Assembly: GCF_006345805.1 (NCBI RefSeq)
Contig: NC_042998.1
Location: forward strand, 107,260,001 to 107,324,000
Source of the DNA: Octopus sinensis
Taxonomy: Eukaryota
Length of the DNA stretch: 64,000 nt
Direction: 5' to 3'
The notes under the pieces were generated by a model. It was not told the DNA's origin. It searched no databases and saw only the letters and a program-made list of their open reading frames with translations. A program made the position numbers and the translations under genes. This document shows, one piece after another, positions 41,755 to 56,477 of this stretch (position 1 is its first letter; each line of letters opens with the position of its first letter).

Positions 41755-42115
41755 GAAGCTTGCTTCGCAGCCACATGGTTCTGGATTCGGGCCCTTGGGC
41801 AAGTGTCTACTATAGCCTCGGGTCGACCAAAGCCTTGTGAGTGAATTTGGTAAACGGAAACTGAAAGAAGCTCGTCGTTTATGTATGTATGTATGTATGT
41901 ATGTATCTACGCGTGTGTCTTTGTGTCTGTATGTTTGCCCTCACCACTGCTTGATGACCGCTGTTGGTAACTTAGCAATTCGCAAAAGACACTAATAGAA
42001 TAAGTGCCAGGCTTAACAAAAATAAGTATTGGGGTCGATTAATTTGACTAAAAATTCTTCAAGGTGGTGCTGCAGCATGGCTAATGACTAAAAGATGTAA
42101 AAGATAAATGATAAA
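41755..42115 (+). mobile_element. SINE family B
   Basis: ccttgggcaagtgtct, gaccaaagccttgtgagtg and the family tail. Confidence 0.75.
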
Positions 42116-43707
42116 AGCTGGATAAAATAGCACACCAGCGTTTTTTTCTCCGATGACTGAATGATACTTTCAGCTCGCCATTTTCTAGCATGGGCACAAA
42201 GTCTCAAGTTTGGGTGAGTGGTAAGGTCGATTATATTGATCACAGTGGTTTATTGGTACTTTATTGGTACTTTATTATATCGACCTCCGGAAAGATGAAA
42301 GGCAAGGAAAACAATATTACTAAGATCATAGTTAACAGTTTTCAATCACGTAACTTGAGTCACATCAAACATGCAAAAATACAACTAAAACATTGACATC
42401 AAGAGTGATATCAACACTTGCAATTACCACGTGAGTTTTACTAACCTCATCACCATTTTATCCTCACCACTACCACTGCATCCAATAACACCAGTCTCTT
42501 TTACCATCCATACCGCTTCCTCCTTCATCATCACCATCATCGCCCATAACAACCACTACTAATCTCCTCATCAGCTGCTATCAACTTCTCCGCCGCCTCT
42601 CAATCATCCCCACCATCATCACCATCATCATTATCATTTCTATCACTCCCACCACTACAACCAATACTGCCAATCTCCTCCTCCACCCCTTCTTTTCCTC
42701 CTCCTCAACCACCTTACCATCATTATTTTCATCACTATCATCGGCACCACTATACCCAGTGCTACGAACTTCTTCCCCTTCATCCTTATCCTTCTGCACC
42801 TCATCCTCCTCTTCATCATCATTATCATTATCATTCTAAGTTACGACATTACCAGTAAGAAGATGAAAGGGAGCCTATGTTAAACAAATTAGAATCAATT
42901 AAATATGTTAATTTCCCCGTGAAATATTGAACAAGTATTTGCAAGTATAACGATCTATATTCTTATCGATATGTCCTTCTTTGAGTGCCTTTTCTTTACT
43001 TCCCTTCTTCATTCCGTCTTTCTATCCTGCTGCCCCTGTCTCTATCCTTCATCTTGATGTCTTCCTTTTAAAGTCTTATTTCCTCTTTCATCCTTTTCTT
43101 TCCTTATTCATTATTGGCTTCCACATTGATTCTCTCTTATTTGTAACTTCACTCCACCCAGCCATTCTCTCACCTTCCAATCCATTTTTCCTTTATTCGA
43201 CTTTGCCTTCCTTCAGTTTCATTTCATTTCTCTCCTCTTCAATCTCTCATTTACAATGTCCTAATCTTATATTCTTTACCACCACACCCCTTTCCTTGTA
43301 TTTTGCTCTTTATTTACCACAATTCTTCACATCTATTCCTTCATTTTGGCTCTCCCTTCCGTCGACCACATTTTCATTATATTTGCCGTTTCCCTTCTTT
43401 CCCTCCTCTTTGCATTCAATCACCCTTGTATTCTTCCCTCTCCTCTTTTTTTTCTGTTACGAATCTTCTCGGTTCTAGTCTATCTTTCCCTCTGATTCAA
43501 TCGTTATTTTCACACATGTTGTCAATCCAGTCAATTTGAATTCAAATAACAGCTAATCCTCATCTTCTTTAATCCAATACATTGTTTCACAAACTCTAAG
43601 AGACATTCTCTTAATGATATAAGGATATAACTGTGAAATATCACATCAACTATGTTAGCGACTTGCATGCAAACTACTTCCTTCTATCAAAATAATTTCC
43701 CAAATAT

Positions 43708-43862
43708 TATTTTCTACTCTAGGCACAAGGCTCGAAACTTTGGGGGAGGGGCCAGTCGATTAAATCGGCCCCAGTACGCAACTGCTACTTAATTTATCGA
43801 CCCCGAAAAGATGAAAGGCAAAGTCGACAAAGTTGAACTCAGAACATAAAGACAGACGAAAT
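43708..43862 (-). mobile_element. SINE family A fragment
   Basis: tttatcgaccccgaaaagatgaaaggcaaagtcgac core. Confidence 0.75.
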
Positions 43863-43920
43863 CATTTCCAAGATATTGAAAAGAGTCAGTGTGTGTTTGT
43901 GTGTGTGTGTGCGTGCGTGC

Positions 43921-43952
<32 letters not shown>

Positions 43953-44456
43953 ACAGCATCGGCGAAAGGTTAAGAAGTTCGGATTAAACCATATGGACCT
44001 GGGTTCAATCTCACTACGTGATATTTTGGCCAAGTGCATTTTACCATAGTCTGGAGTTGAGACAGGTCTTTCTGATATTCCTGTTACCGGAAATAAAATA
44101 ATAGAGACCTGTCAAGCATATTTGAACTGGTAACAAGTTTGTATTAACAAAATTATTATATTAATAAATGGATTATTTATATAACTCTTGTACATATGTT
44201 TCCATAATAGAAGATTGAAAAATATTTTTAAAATAAATACATAAAAATATGCGGCTATTATGAAAACGTATGTACAAGGGTTATATAAATAAATCCTTTT
44301 ATTAATATAATATGATATTACTCGATATAAACTTATTAATTTGTAAGTGAAATAGTTTTTTCGTAATTCATATCATTTTTATATTGAGTTTCTAAGTTAC
44401 GGTTAATTGTTTGTTTCTTTAAACCTTTTGATACATATTCCATAAAAAAATTAGCC

Positions 44457-44513
<57 letters not shown>

Positions 44514-45371
44514 CCACACACATACAATACGTACACATATTATGTATGCACGTAACGAAGGTCAAATCTGCTTTCACTTCTCATTGCAACAGTTGCAAAT
44601 ACGTTCGGTGTTGATTTATTTAGAGTTGTCATCAAATATTCACTTTTGTATATTGAAACAGTCCCACCGAGATCTCAGCTTTACCTTTCATCCTTTTTGG
44701 AGTCGATAAAATAAAGTATCAGTGAAGTACTGGCATTGTTGGTATCTACTGACCGTAACCCTCCCTCAAAACTGCTGTATTTGTCCTGAATTAGAAACCA
44801 TATTATTATTTATTGAAAGGTCAAAATTTATTCAACTTTTAAAGTGGTGCTTGTGCATACATCGAAGCAGTTGAGTCTTTGAATGGCATTCAACATTGGT
44901 TTCATTGTATTTCTATAGTTTAGACAGAAGTCGGTTCTGATCGGACAGAACTAGGATTAATGAAATTTTAGCCATGACCACATTAATCAATGTGTCCTTT
45001 TTAAAAAGGCAGCATATAATTTGGTTGCTATTTCTATCAAATCAAGTGTAATCACTTCACCTGATAAGAAAAAGATTGTTTAGTTCAAAGTCATCCTTAA
45101 TTCAGCAGGCCTATCCTTAAGATAACCCAGCCATGGCCAACCCATCTTTTATTAAGGCTGTTTGTACATTATCAAATGTGTCCTTTTTAAAACAGTAAGG
45201 CGTAATTTGAGGGCAATTTAATTGCTATTTCTAGCCGGCCGACCCACCATGCACAGGATTTCAAGCTCTTTCTCCATGAACCCCTGTTTTTCTGATATCT
45301 ATAGAATTATTATTACAAGCATCAGTCAGAACAAGTAGCAATTTCTCAAAAAACTCAATAGTAGTTCAGAT

Positions 45372-45647
45372 CAGTGGTGGTCCGCTGACCGGTGCCGGTC
45401 CGCAAGCCATCAGGTGCCAGTACACGGCGAGTTTCCAGAAAAGAAAGAAACATTATAAAATGCTTATGTAATATTGTATTATTTGTTTACAAAATAATAT
45501 AAGATAAAAAAAATTGTCAACTTTTATTATATTCATTATATATATTGTTTCCGGTATAAATTAATATTACTAAGAAATATTACCGGTCCCTGGCACATGG
45601 GGAAAAAAACTGCCGGTACACCACATCAGATAGTTTGAGAAGCACTG
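45372..45647. mobile_element. hAT (Charlie-like) MITE
   Basis: Termini CAGTG...CACTG, an 8-bp TSD gttcagat/gtttagat (7/8), and subterminal ccggt repeats at both ends. Confidence 0.8.
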
Positions 45648-46329
45648 GTTTAGATGATACAGTAATTTATCATTTCAGTCTCTAGATTACTTACACATGA
45701 TGACTACAATTCATCTTGATTGTCCAGGGTGACATGTAATCAGATATTGGTTGCCAAATCCTTTTTCAGAAAAAGCTGTTAAAATAACTTCTAACAGTAA
45801 AACTGACACTCTGATAGTTAACATTTGAATATTCTCTTCTTCCAATATTCCGTATCTCCCAACTTAGTCATTTCTAATTTTCCAATCTTGATACAACAGC
45901 CACTGATTAATGCAAATTAATTTCATTAAAAGATGTTGGTAAAGATTCCACGGCATTTAATCAAACTTCAAATGGGATGCTCGATTTTAAATATAACAAC
46001 TTTTGATTCAATATCACTAAGATGACGCATTACAAACATTTGAATATCCAAAATTGATCATTTCGGCTAGCTTTGACAAGAAATCTAAAATGATAATTTA
46101 TTTAATTAAATATTAGAAATTTATTAAAAGAAGGTAATTAAATTCTTGGTTTGTAATTTTCAGCGAAAGTGTATTATATCCATTTATATCCGTATATTCT
46201 TTTACATCTATATCCTTCTATACAACATCCACAAGAAGAAAACTACCTGCAAACTTCTTTGAAGTAAAATTGGAAGAAATTTAGATTGGCATATGTCATC
46301 CGTTAAGTACAAAACAACAACAACAATAA

Positions 46330-46733
46330 TGGTTTCAAATTTTGGCACAAGGCCAGCAATTTCGGAGGAAGGGACTAAGTCGATTACATCAACTCCATAA
46401 CTGATACTTATTTTATCGAAGCCGAACGATGAACAGTAAAGTCGACCCCGACGGAATTTGAACTCAGAGCGTAAGGACGGACGAAATGCCGCAAAACATT
46501 TTGCCAACTTTTCAATAATATTAATAATAATAAGTTCTTTTCTACTCTAGGCACAAGGCCCGAAATTTTGGAGAGCTGAGCCAGTCGGTTAGATCGACCC
46601 CAGTACGCAACTGGTACATAATTTATCGACCCCGAAAGGATCAAAGGCAAAGTCGACCTCGGCGGAATTTAAACTCAGAACGTAAAAACAGGCGAAATAC
46701 TGCTAAGCAAACGTTTCTGCCAGCTCGCCGCCT

Positions 46734-46734
<1 letters not shown>
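46330..46734 (-). mobile_element. Two tandem SINE family A copies
   Basis: Two successive cores (46330-46505 and 46535-46734). The head aaggcggcgagctggcagaa ends at 46734. Confidence 0.85.
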
Positions 46735-46782
<48 letters not shown>

Positions 46783-46783
<1 letters not shown>

Positions 46784-49782
46784 GCCACTGAAACAAAAAA
46801 AAGTGATATCACTGAGGTAAATGACTGCCACTGAAACAAAAAAAAAAAAAAAAGTGATATCTCTGAGCTAAATGACTTAATATACGCAGCAGCCACTGCA
46901 GCCACAAAAGAAGCTGGATACTCACCCAAACCCGCCCAAACAGGAGTACCACCACCAAAACAAACCCTGTGGATAAATAACATCCAAAACAAAATAAAAA
47001 AATTAGAAAAGACCTGTCGATTCTTAATGAAATCAGCAAACAATCAACGCTACTGAGCAACAAAAAGAGAACAAAAATACTCCGCAAATATAACATCACA
47101 GAGAAAGATTTGCCTGAGATAAAAGAAAAGCTGAAGCAAGATATCCTTGCCAAAGCACAAAGGATCCGCCGGTACGAGAAACGCCAACGCTTCTTTGAAC
47201 AAAACAAAAGTTCAACTCCAACCCCAAAAAGTTCTACCAAGAACTGGGCAAAATAAAATAGAAGTCACTGCAGCACCGACGGCAGAAGAATTGGAAGAAT
47301 TCTGGAGAGAAATATGGTCGGCGAACGAACAACCAAAAAAAAGGAGTATTAAAATAACAAACTCGGCATCTGAGCAACTTTGGACCCCCATAACAACTGA
47401 AGAGGTCACCCACTGCAAAGACTAAGCAACTGGAAGGCACCTGGGCATGACAAGATCCCCAACTTCTGGTTGAAATATCTAACAGGAATGCACAAAAAGC
47501 TGGCTGAAAACTTTAACAACATACTAGCAGAGCCAGAGGCAATGCCTGAATGGCTCACGAAGGGGAAAACCATCTTAATTCCCAAATCAAATGAAACAGA
47601 AAAACCAGAAAACTACAGACCAATAACCTGCCTCCCTACTATGTTCAAGGCATTTACTGCAGTGATATCGCAAAGGCTGAACAAGCACCTGGACGAAAAC
47701 AAACTGTTCCCAGAAGAGCAGAAAGGATGCCGCAAAGGCTCATATGGCTGTAAAGATCAACTAATGATTAATAAAGCCATAACTGAAGACAGCCACAGAA
47801 AGAAGAAAGGCCTGGATTGACTACAAAAAGGCGTTTGATAGCATCCCCCACACATGGATCCTCGAAACACTAGCCATTAACAAAGTAGCACCAACAATCA
47901 TAAAATTCATAGAGCACTCTATGAATAAATGGCAAACAGTCCTACACCTCCAAACAAAAGAGGGACTCATGAAAACCAAAGACATCCCCATTAGAAGAGG
48001 AATATTCCAGGGAGACACGCGCTCTCCACTCCTTTTCTGCTTGGCACTGTCACCTCTATCTGATATACTAAACAGAACTGGATGCGGATATAAATGTTAC
48101 GGCAAAACGATCAGCCACCTTTTATATATGGATGACCTAAAACTATACGCTGCAAATGACAAACAGCTGGAAACACTATTAAAGACAGTTCATGGATTTA
48201 CCAAAGAAATAGATATGAAATTTGGATTAGAAAAATGCGCCAAAGTAACCATGAAAAGAGGAAAACTAGTTAAGAGTAACAACATCACACTAGATAAAAC
48301 CAATGAAATAATTAGACCAAAGCCAAACTTACAAATACTTAGGAATCCATGAACTAGATAAGACACAACACACACAAATGAAAGAGAAAATAAAAAAAGA
48401 ATATTATAGACGAGTTAGATCAATACTAAAAACAGAGCTCAATGCTAAAAACAAGATAATAGGTATCAACACTTTAGCTGTCCCAGTTATAAGTTACAGC
48501 TACAATATCCTTAACTGGACACGAATGAACTGACCAAAATAGATAGGAAAACAAGAAAAATAATGACAGGATCTAGGATGCATCACCCAAAATCTGACAT
48601 AGAAAGACTATATATACAACGTATAGAAGGTGGTAGAGGCCTTATACAGCTGGAAAACTACTATAAAATAACCACCATAGGACTGCAAAAATATCTACTT
48701 CAGAAGGAAGGAAAACTGATCCAGATAGCGGCAAAACACGAGCAAAACAAAAAACTGTTCTCAGTATTTAAGGAAGCTGACAAATACAAACAAGAAATCA
48801 TACTACCTAATAAACATGAAGAAGAAGAAGAAGAAGAAGAAAATGAAGAAACAACAAAAGCTATAAAACAAATGAAATCCAAACTAAAAATAGAACAGCA
48901 ACGAACCATGATAAAACGATGGCAAGAAAAGCCCCTTCGTGGTAAATACTGGACTAAACTAAACGCAAAAGAAATAGACAAAGAAAAATCCCAGCAATGG
49001 TTGAGAAGCTCAGGACTCAAAGCAGAAACAGAGGGATTTTTAATTGCAGCACAAGACCAAAGCCTCCCCACCAGAAATTACCAAAAACATGTAATGAAAA
49101 GAAATAACAAGTAACTGCAGAATATGTGGAGATGGACAAGAAACAATAAATCATATTATCTCTGGCTGCCCAGTCCTGGCTAAGAAGGAATATATTCACA
49201 GACATGACAGAGTTGGAACCTACATACATTGGAAGCTATGCCAACATTATGGAATAACAACAGAAAAAAGATGGTATAGGCACACACCAGAAAAGGTCAC
49301 AGAAAACGAGAAAGCAACCATACTCTGGGATATGCCGATACACACAGATAGAGAAATTAAGGCCAACAGACCAGATATAGTTGTCAGAGATCATGAAGAA
49401 AAAAAATGCTTTCTAATTGATGTATCACTACCGGCAGATGACAACGTGTCTCTAAAAGAATGGAGAAACTCTCAAAATACAAAGACCTGGAAATAGAGGT
49501 AACTAGAATGTGGAATCTGAAAACAGAAACAATTCCTATCATAGTAGGTGCATTAGGCATGATAAAAAAATATTCAGACAAATACATAACAAAAACACCA
49601 GGACTTACAAACACATATAACATACAGAAAATTGCACTACTAGGCACTGCACACATCCTACGCAGAACACTTTCTATACAATAACCATCAGAGCATCACA
49701 ACAAATCACAGCACATACCCAAGGCACACAGAGCTGCGCTCGGTAGTGAAGTGAAAGCACGCTATAAAAATAAAACTACTGA
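46783..49782 (+). mobile_element. Young, 5'-truncated R4/Dong-like non-LTR retrotransposon (RT, CCHC knuckle, RLE) in (TAA)n
   Basis: NWKAPGHD; ENYRPITCLPT; PEEQKGCRKGSYGCKDQL; RGIFQGD; HLLYMDDLKLY; GGRGL; AAQDQSL; CRICGDGQETINHIISGC; RPDIV; ILRRTLSIQ*. Broken mainly by small indels, with (TAA)n on both sides. Confidence 0.95.
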
Positions 49783-49799
49783 ATAATAATAATAATAAT

Positions 49800-50075
49800 A
49801 AATTGAGAAATATCGGGATCTACCCAGAGAGCTGAGGAGACGGTGGAAAACCAAGACAACAATTGTTCCTTTAGTAATAAGTGCACTTGCCACAACATCT
49901 AAAATGCGAACTAAAAGACTGAAAGAAATTGGAATTGAAACTCGCTTTGTCAACCTGCAGAGAAGTACCATTCTATATTCTGCAAGAGTTCTAAGAAAGA
50001 TTCTTGAGATTTCAAGAAATTTGTCATCACCAAACCTCAAGATGAAAAACTTGCTAACTAAATTAGCATACACTA
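49800..50075 (+). mobile_element. R4-like 3' fragment of another family directly downstream
   Basis: IEKYRDLPRELRRRWKTKTTIVPLVISAL...LQRSTILYSARVLRKILEI. Confidence 0.75.
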
Positions 50076-50523
50076 GTGTGATGATGATGATGATGATGAT
50101 GATAATAATAAAACACAATTAACAACGACAGTAGTAGCGGCGGTGCCAACAATGGCAATAACAACAACTACTGCGATGGCAACACCTTGTGCGAACACAC
50201 ATACACAGAAGAATACAAGAACTGTACCATATTTTTCGGGTCTTAGGACAGCAGCAGCACAATGGGGTGAGAGGATGGGACGTTTTTTTGGTGTATGGCT
50301 GCAGTTAAAATGGCTTAAAACAAAAGTGGTGGGGAGGGGGTAATGTGGTTGAGCCTTTAATAGCAGTTTAAGGTCAGTTGCAGAAAGGAATTCAAAACAG
50401 CAACACGTACAATCATATACGTACAAACATACACATATATGCACACACATACACAAACACATACCTAGAGAGAGAGGCAGACAGACAGACAGTAAGTTTC
50501 AGATAGTCCACACCGAAATCTTC

Positions 50524-50592
<69 letters not shown>

Positions 50593-50599
50593 TACCTAA

Positions 50600-51460
50600 T
50601 TGTATATATTTTAATTGTTTGTTTAGTCATACGTTTCGTCTCATTCGATACCCTGACCCCAGTGTTTGTTTTGTCTGTCCTCGTATCGTCCCCTCTTTTT
50701 CTCAACCTCATGGTTGATAAAGAAATTATAGAAGATACGAGGAAATTTTTAATAACTAGTGCCAGTTATGGTCGGGGGAGCAGAAATTAAGGTTTTTACT
50801 ACGCAAGGTAGCTCCTGCCGAACATGAGCGTTACTGTAACTTTATTCTGCCCAAAAAGTCGAGTGAGATTGCTTTCCAAGAAACCGAGGAACTACTTTCA
50901 AAAATCTTTTGATAGAAGTTCGTTATTCAACACCAGAATGGAGTGTTGAAACTTAACAAATAAGGAGGGGGACGATTTTATCCCTTTCGCCGGAGTAGTC
51001 AACTGCATTTCAAACTCCAGGGTCTCACTCAGGATATGTTCAAATCACTCACCTTCGTGCAAGGACATATAGCACTTGCAAAGAGAGAAATTCAGGCAAG
51101 GATTCTGTCGAAAATGGAGCCAGCGAACCAGAATTTATCTCTACAGACTATTGCAGATGAATGTCAGGCTATAATAAATCTCAAACATGCTGTGATAAAA
51201 ATACAAAATAAAGACTGCAAACATGCAAATATTTCGTCCCGAGAAGCACAACCAAAAAAGTGTCAGGTCCCAATCCGTGTTATGGCTGTAGGGGCCTACA
51301 CTACAAAAAGGATTGTCCGTTTAAAAACAAGTTGGGACACAGGAATTCTCATTGTAGAACAAGACTACGAGGCTCAAACACAAAAAGTTCTGAGGTGTTT
51401 TCAGCGGAAAGTGATTGCGACGGAAGGTTGGTTTTAGTGGTGTTGATCCTAATGTAAATA
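50600..51460 (+). mobile_element. Ty3/gypsy LTR retrotransposon remnant (gag with zinc knuckles)
   Basis: RYCNFILPKK...SSLFNTRMEC...DDFIPFAGVVN...DMFKSLTFVQG...ADECQAIINLKH...PCYGCRGLHYKKDCPFKN..GHRNSHC, resembling Mag/K02A2.6-type gag. The upstream tgt-started segment may be LTR. Confidence 0.7.
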
Positions 51461-52963
51461 AAGTACATAATTTCTCATCTCTAATATATAGAACTGTATT
51501 TATATACTTTCTTTAAACTTATACCGACACTCATCCATTATTTTAAAGATTTACTCTGCCCAGAGATCTTTCAGTCCTTCAAATCTGATAGAGTAGAATC
51601 GGCTGATGTTCAGTTTGTTGGTCGATGTTTACAGGAAAAACATGAGCAAGGAGGAAGACCCAGAGACTTGCAATTCTGAGGATAAAGGGTTGAATGAAAT
51701 GTTAAATACGGTGTTAGGTGTATGTAACAAGAGGGATGACTCGAGGAAACGAGTGCATTGAATTAGTCACAGTTACAGACATTAGTAGAACAGGAACCTT
51801 ACCAATAACTACAAAAAAATATATAAGTGGAATAAAATATATCAGTCATTGTACTGTTAGTGGCAAATTATAAATTTAATCAAGATATTGCTTGTGTGTG
51901 TGTATATATATGTGTTTTGATATTGTTGTTTAACCGGGGTCTGATCTGGTGGAACCAGCCAATAATGAAAGACATTCTAGCTCTAACCGTCCTGCCATTT
52001 TCGTGCATAATACATCGACAATTACGTCATCCAATATATCATTTTCTTTTTAAGAAGATAGGATGAAATTTGAAGGTGATACTATTGCTATTTCTACCTG
52101 AACGAGCGATCATGTAGAAACTAGAAATGGCTTGTGTTTTGTATGCACGCATGACGACTACAATCTCCAAGACATGGTTACAATATTTTAATGTGGGTCG
52201 CACAACAGGGTCAACAGGAGTTTAATTGTTGCAGTATTTGAGTCTATGAAACAGAAGTGTATGTATTGGGATTTAATTTTAATTCGAGACGTATGATTAC
52301 TGTGAAAAATTAATTTGAGTCTATGAGATGTAGTATTTGTATAAATGATCAAATGCTTTTTTAAGTTTATGTGTTGTAAATAAAGTAATATGCAAGTAAA
52401 TATGGGACTTTAAGATTTTAAATGTATATCTTGTAATATGTGTAATAATTTTCAATGAAGCTGGTCAAGATAATCTCACACCAACATACTCCGTTTTATG
52501 AATATTTTTATTTGGAGGCGGGTTCTTGCAATGGGTCTAGACTTGAGTTCTTTTAATATTTTTCTTTTTGTTTTGCTTTGTCTTATTTACTTTTTTTTTT
52601 AATTTGCCCATGTAGCGTCTGTCGTTTGACATTGCTTCTAATTTAGAAAGTGAGTTTCATGTTTAAAAATAAAATGCGTTGCTGGTGTGTCTGGTGTTTT
52701 TCATTTGGAATATAGCCATTTTATTTAACCTCTCATGGTTTCCCGTCTGTCATTTCTCAGTCCGTGAATATTCCCATAATCCGCCCACCTTCCTTACTTT
52801 CAGGTCTTTATTTTTCTCTTTCCTTCAGACTACCATTTTTTCTAAATACCTTGTCTTTCACATCATCTCTTACCTCTTTCTCAATTCCCATTTATCTAAC
52901 TTACCTTCTATACATATATCTATCTGCCTACATGTCTGATTACATCGCATTTTCATTCTCTCT

Positions 52964-52999
<36 letters not shown>

Positions 53000-53247
53000 C
53001 GGTCTCTATACACACGCACACACACACGCACACACATGCACATATACACACTCACACACTCACTTCCTTTCTCTCTCTTTTTTCCCTTTTCTCTCTATCT
53101 CACTCACTGCTTAATTCTTTCTGTCACTCAAAATCTTTCTTGCTTTTGCTACTATTATCGTTTCATATGTGTGAGTGTGTGTGTATGCATCTATGTATGT
53201 GTGTGTGCATATATACACACATATACATATATATATGTGTGTATATA

Positions 53248-53334
<87 letters not shown>

Positions 53335-53411
53335 TGTATGCATGTATGTATGTATGTATGCATGTATATATATATATGTACATAGATATATTCCTTTTGC
53401 ATTATTTTTAG

Positions 53412-53596
53412 AATGTGGTGGCAAAATCCGTGTCTATTCACCAGGAAATCTTACGACTCCGGGTTACCCTGGCAACTACCCAAAAGACAGCTTCTGTATT
53501 TGGCTATTGGAAGCTAAAGATGGCTATATCGTTCAATTGACCATACATCAATTTAACGGTCACAGTTTAAATAACAGCTGTCGGGATTTCATTCAG
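53412..53596 (+). CDS. Internal exon encoding the N-terminal half of a CUB domain (host extracellular protein)
   Basis: Acceptor tttttag|, donor |gtaata, phase 1 to phase 0. Peptide (E)[61 protein letters not shown] matches CUB CGG...SPxYPxxYP...CxW...C..D. Confidence 0.9.
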
Positions 53597-53716
53597 GTAA
53601 TATTATTGTTCATTCATTACATATGAGACTCACATTGTTGCAAATGTGTGTGGCGTGTTCATGTACTTGTGAATGTATTATCAACTATGTGTGTATCTAT
53701 TCATATACATATAAAA

Positions 53717-53827
<111 letters not shown>

Positions 53828-53959
53828 CTTTCATACATACATACACAAATCAACAGTTATACGTATATATGCATATTATATGTGTGCGTGTATTTGAGTG
53901 TGTGTATTCATGTGCATGTGTGTGTACGTGATGTGCGTGTGTGTGTGTGTGTGTGTGTA

Positions 53960-54150
53960 ATCAAATCAAATAAACGAACAATAAAATTAACAATAACAAG
54001 TAACAAGAGGACGTGCACAAGGAATTATTAGTTTGAGGTCAGTAAAAAGAGACAGTTTTTGACGTTTCGAGCATATCTCTTCGTCAGAGAGGAGAAAGGG
54101 AAAAGTCCAAAGAAGAAAAAGAAATCACCAGCAGTACGTGTGTAGTTATA
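53960..54150 (-). mobile_element. Short HHR-bearing pLTR-like repeat
   Basis: Minus: CTGACGA a GAG-atatg-CTC GAAAC GTC, then ...aataattccttgtgcacgtcctcttgtt..., similar to 55326-55517. Confidence 0.65.
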
Positions 54151-55325
54151 TTGTCGAAGTGACTGGAAATAGAAAAAATGGGGGAAAAAATGTGTGTGTG
54201 TGTGTGTATCAAAAGGATATACTATTCCGCATAGCAAAAGGATAACACTATTCCGCATATACAAAAACAGCTATACCAACAATCCAACATACCTCCTTCA
54301 TCAGCTGCCCCACGGATATCATTATGGTTTCGCCACCTAGGCCGTACCATTCAATCCGGCGGTGTCAACACCACTAAAAGAAGTCCTGTTTAGGAACAAA
54401 CATACCAAAAATGACTCCACAACTTTCAAACACATTTACCCTATTACAACAGTATTCAATCTAAATATAGGCAGGATTGAACACTTACTTTAAAACTAAA
54501 CTACAACAAGAAACACATAAATCTATGTACATCTGTATCGGTATTGATAGTAAACCTACAATAACTAAATTATATACTAAATAGCGGTCAATTTTTAAGT
54601 CCATACAAATAATAATCCCACCAATCTTCCATAGTTACTACTATAATAAAGGAAAGTGAAAACTTTATTTCAGTTCTCTCCAAAACAAACACGATTGAAT
54701 TTAATTTAACGAATAATATAATAATTATGAGCGAAATACATCATTTCATAATTTAAAAGTTAATAATAAAAACGCTCCATACTCTTAATATATATCACCC
54801 TTACAAGCTATAATGTAAACTTACCAGTAACTAATAGAACCATTAAACTTATTAAATAGGAATTAATAAAAGCATACTTGTAATTAACTATTATTATAAA
54901 ACTTTGCTACGATTAAAGCTAAATTAAAACTGTTTAAAAGATAATAAAAACTACAAAGTATTAACACCTACTGTTTTGTTTTTTTCAAACCACATGGTTC
55001 CATCACTTCTAGAACTTAAAAGAATATCTGAACAATAGTTGATGTAGTACATAATTACTACTTCCTCAATTATCTCAAACAATATTGGTGACGTAGTAAG
55101 CAAATAAGTTGAATCGTAAACATTCCAAATCTTTACAAATATTTGCTAAGTTGAAGACTAAGTACTACCCCATATTTATTTAAAATTTCAAGTCTTGCAC
55201 CTAAACAGCGATTAAAGGTTTTGCCATATCAACACCCTTGTTTTATTAAATATCTTAACAGCTAATTTATTCTATACAAAAATTTATTAGCATTATTAAT
55301 AACAGTGCTATATCTATTTGCACTA

Positions 55326-55517
55326 CCGTTGGCGATTTTTTTCCTCCGTCTTCCCTTCTTTGGATCTTTCCTTTTCCTATGTTTCTGACGAAGAGCTCCG
55401 CTCGAAACGTTAAACTATCATTCTTTCCTTCTTTCTTGAGCGTCCAATAATACTATACTTGTTCCACGTCCTCGCGTTGTTGTGTTTTCTCTTTGTGTTT
55501 TCATGTTTGGATTAACT
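55326..55517 (+). mobile_element. Short HHR-bearing pLTR-like repeat ending at (TA)n
   Basis: gttt CTGACGA a GAGC-tcc-GCTC GAAAC GTT aaac (55381-55415). A close copy lies on the minus strand at 59845-60044. Confidence 0.75.
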
Positions 55518-55534
55518 ATATATATATATATAAT

Positions 55535-55576
<42 letters not shown>

Positions 55577-56409
55577 GGTATGTAGAAAAATACAACATGG
55601 ACAAGAACGTATAACTCTTAGAAGACGATACAATAAACATGGACAGGACATTCGAACCCCTCAGTCTTCAGTCAAGAACCGGATCATCGTAGTAATTTCG
55701 GCTGATTAATCTTGAGATTACTAGATCACGGCCAGCCCTCCAAGAAAAACTAAGCAACGAGCATTAGAAAAACTAAGCTGGAAGCGTAGATTTCCTGGAA
55801 GAAGGATCGAATGCATACGAACACCAGGACAGCAAAAGGGACAGATATAAAAAAAAAAAAAAAAAAAACAATAATGGAATACAGAAACATGAAATACAGA
55901 AGCATTAACGGTGAAAACAACAAGTGTCTTACGACTGATAACAAGCAAACAATTTTTTCTCTGGCGCATTGGAAAAAGCCTTTATAGCGGCGGACGAAAA
56001 ACAACGATGTTAACACGACGAGGGTCAGGAGCTGAAAGGCAGATTTCGGCCAACAGTCACGTGACAGAGAAGAGGGAAAGAAAAGAAAGAGAAGCAAGGA
56101 AGAGAGAGAGAGAAAAGGGGGACAAACGCAACAAAGAGAGAGAAGAGAGAGAAAGAAGGAATCAGAGAGGAGAAGAGATGGGTGTCGAAGAATGACCTGT
56201 GAGTGCAGAGCGAGACAAAGAATAGGAGGGTAGTGGAAGACTAGACCAAGGATCAGAGGAAAGAGAAGATGAATAGAGAGAAAAGAGAGAGAGGGGGGGA
56301 CAGATCAAGTAAAAATGAGAGAGAGAGAGAGACAAACAGAGAGTCGTACCAATTATTAAGAATATGTGTTCACATTAATGATAAGGGGGGTATATATATA
56401 TATATATAT

Positions 56410-56467
<58 letters not shown>

Positions 56468-56477
56468 TATATATATA

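Noticed and set aside
42981-43539. 165-aa hydrophobic ORF
   Set aside because: It is pyrimidine-rich low-complexity sequence yielding F/L/S/P with no domain signature.
53036-53411. N-terminal part of the 196-aa ORF containing the CUB segment
   Set aside because: It is microsatellite read-through upstream of the splice acceptor; only 53412-53596 is credible.
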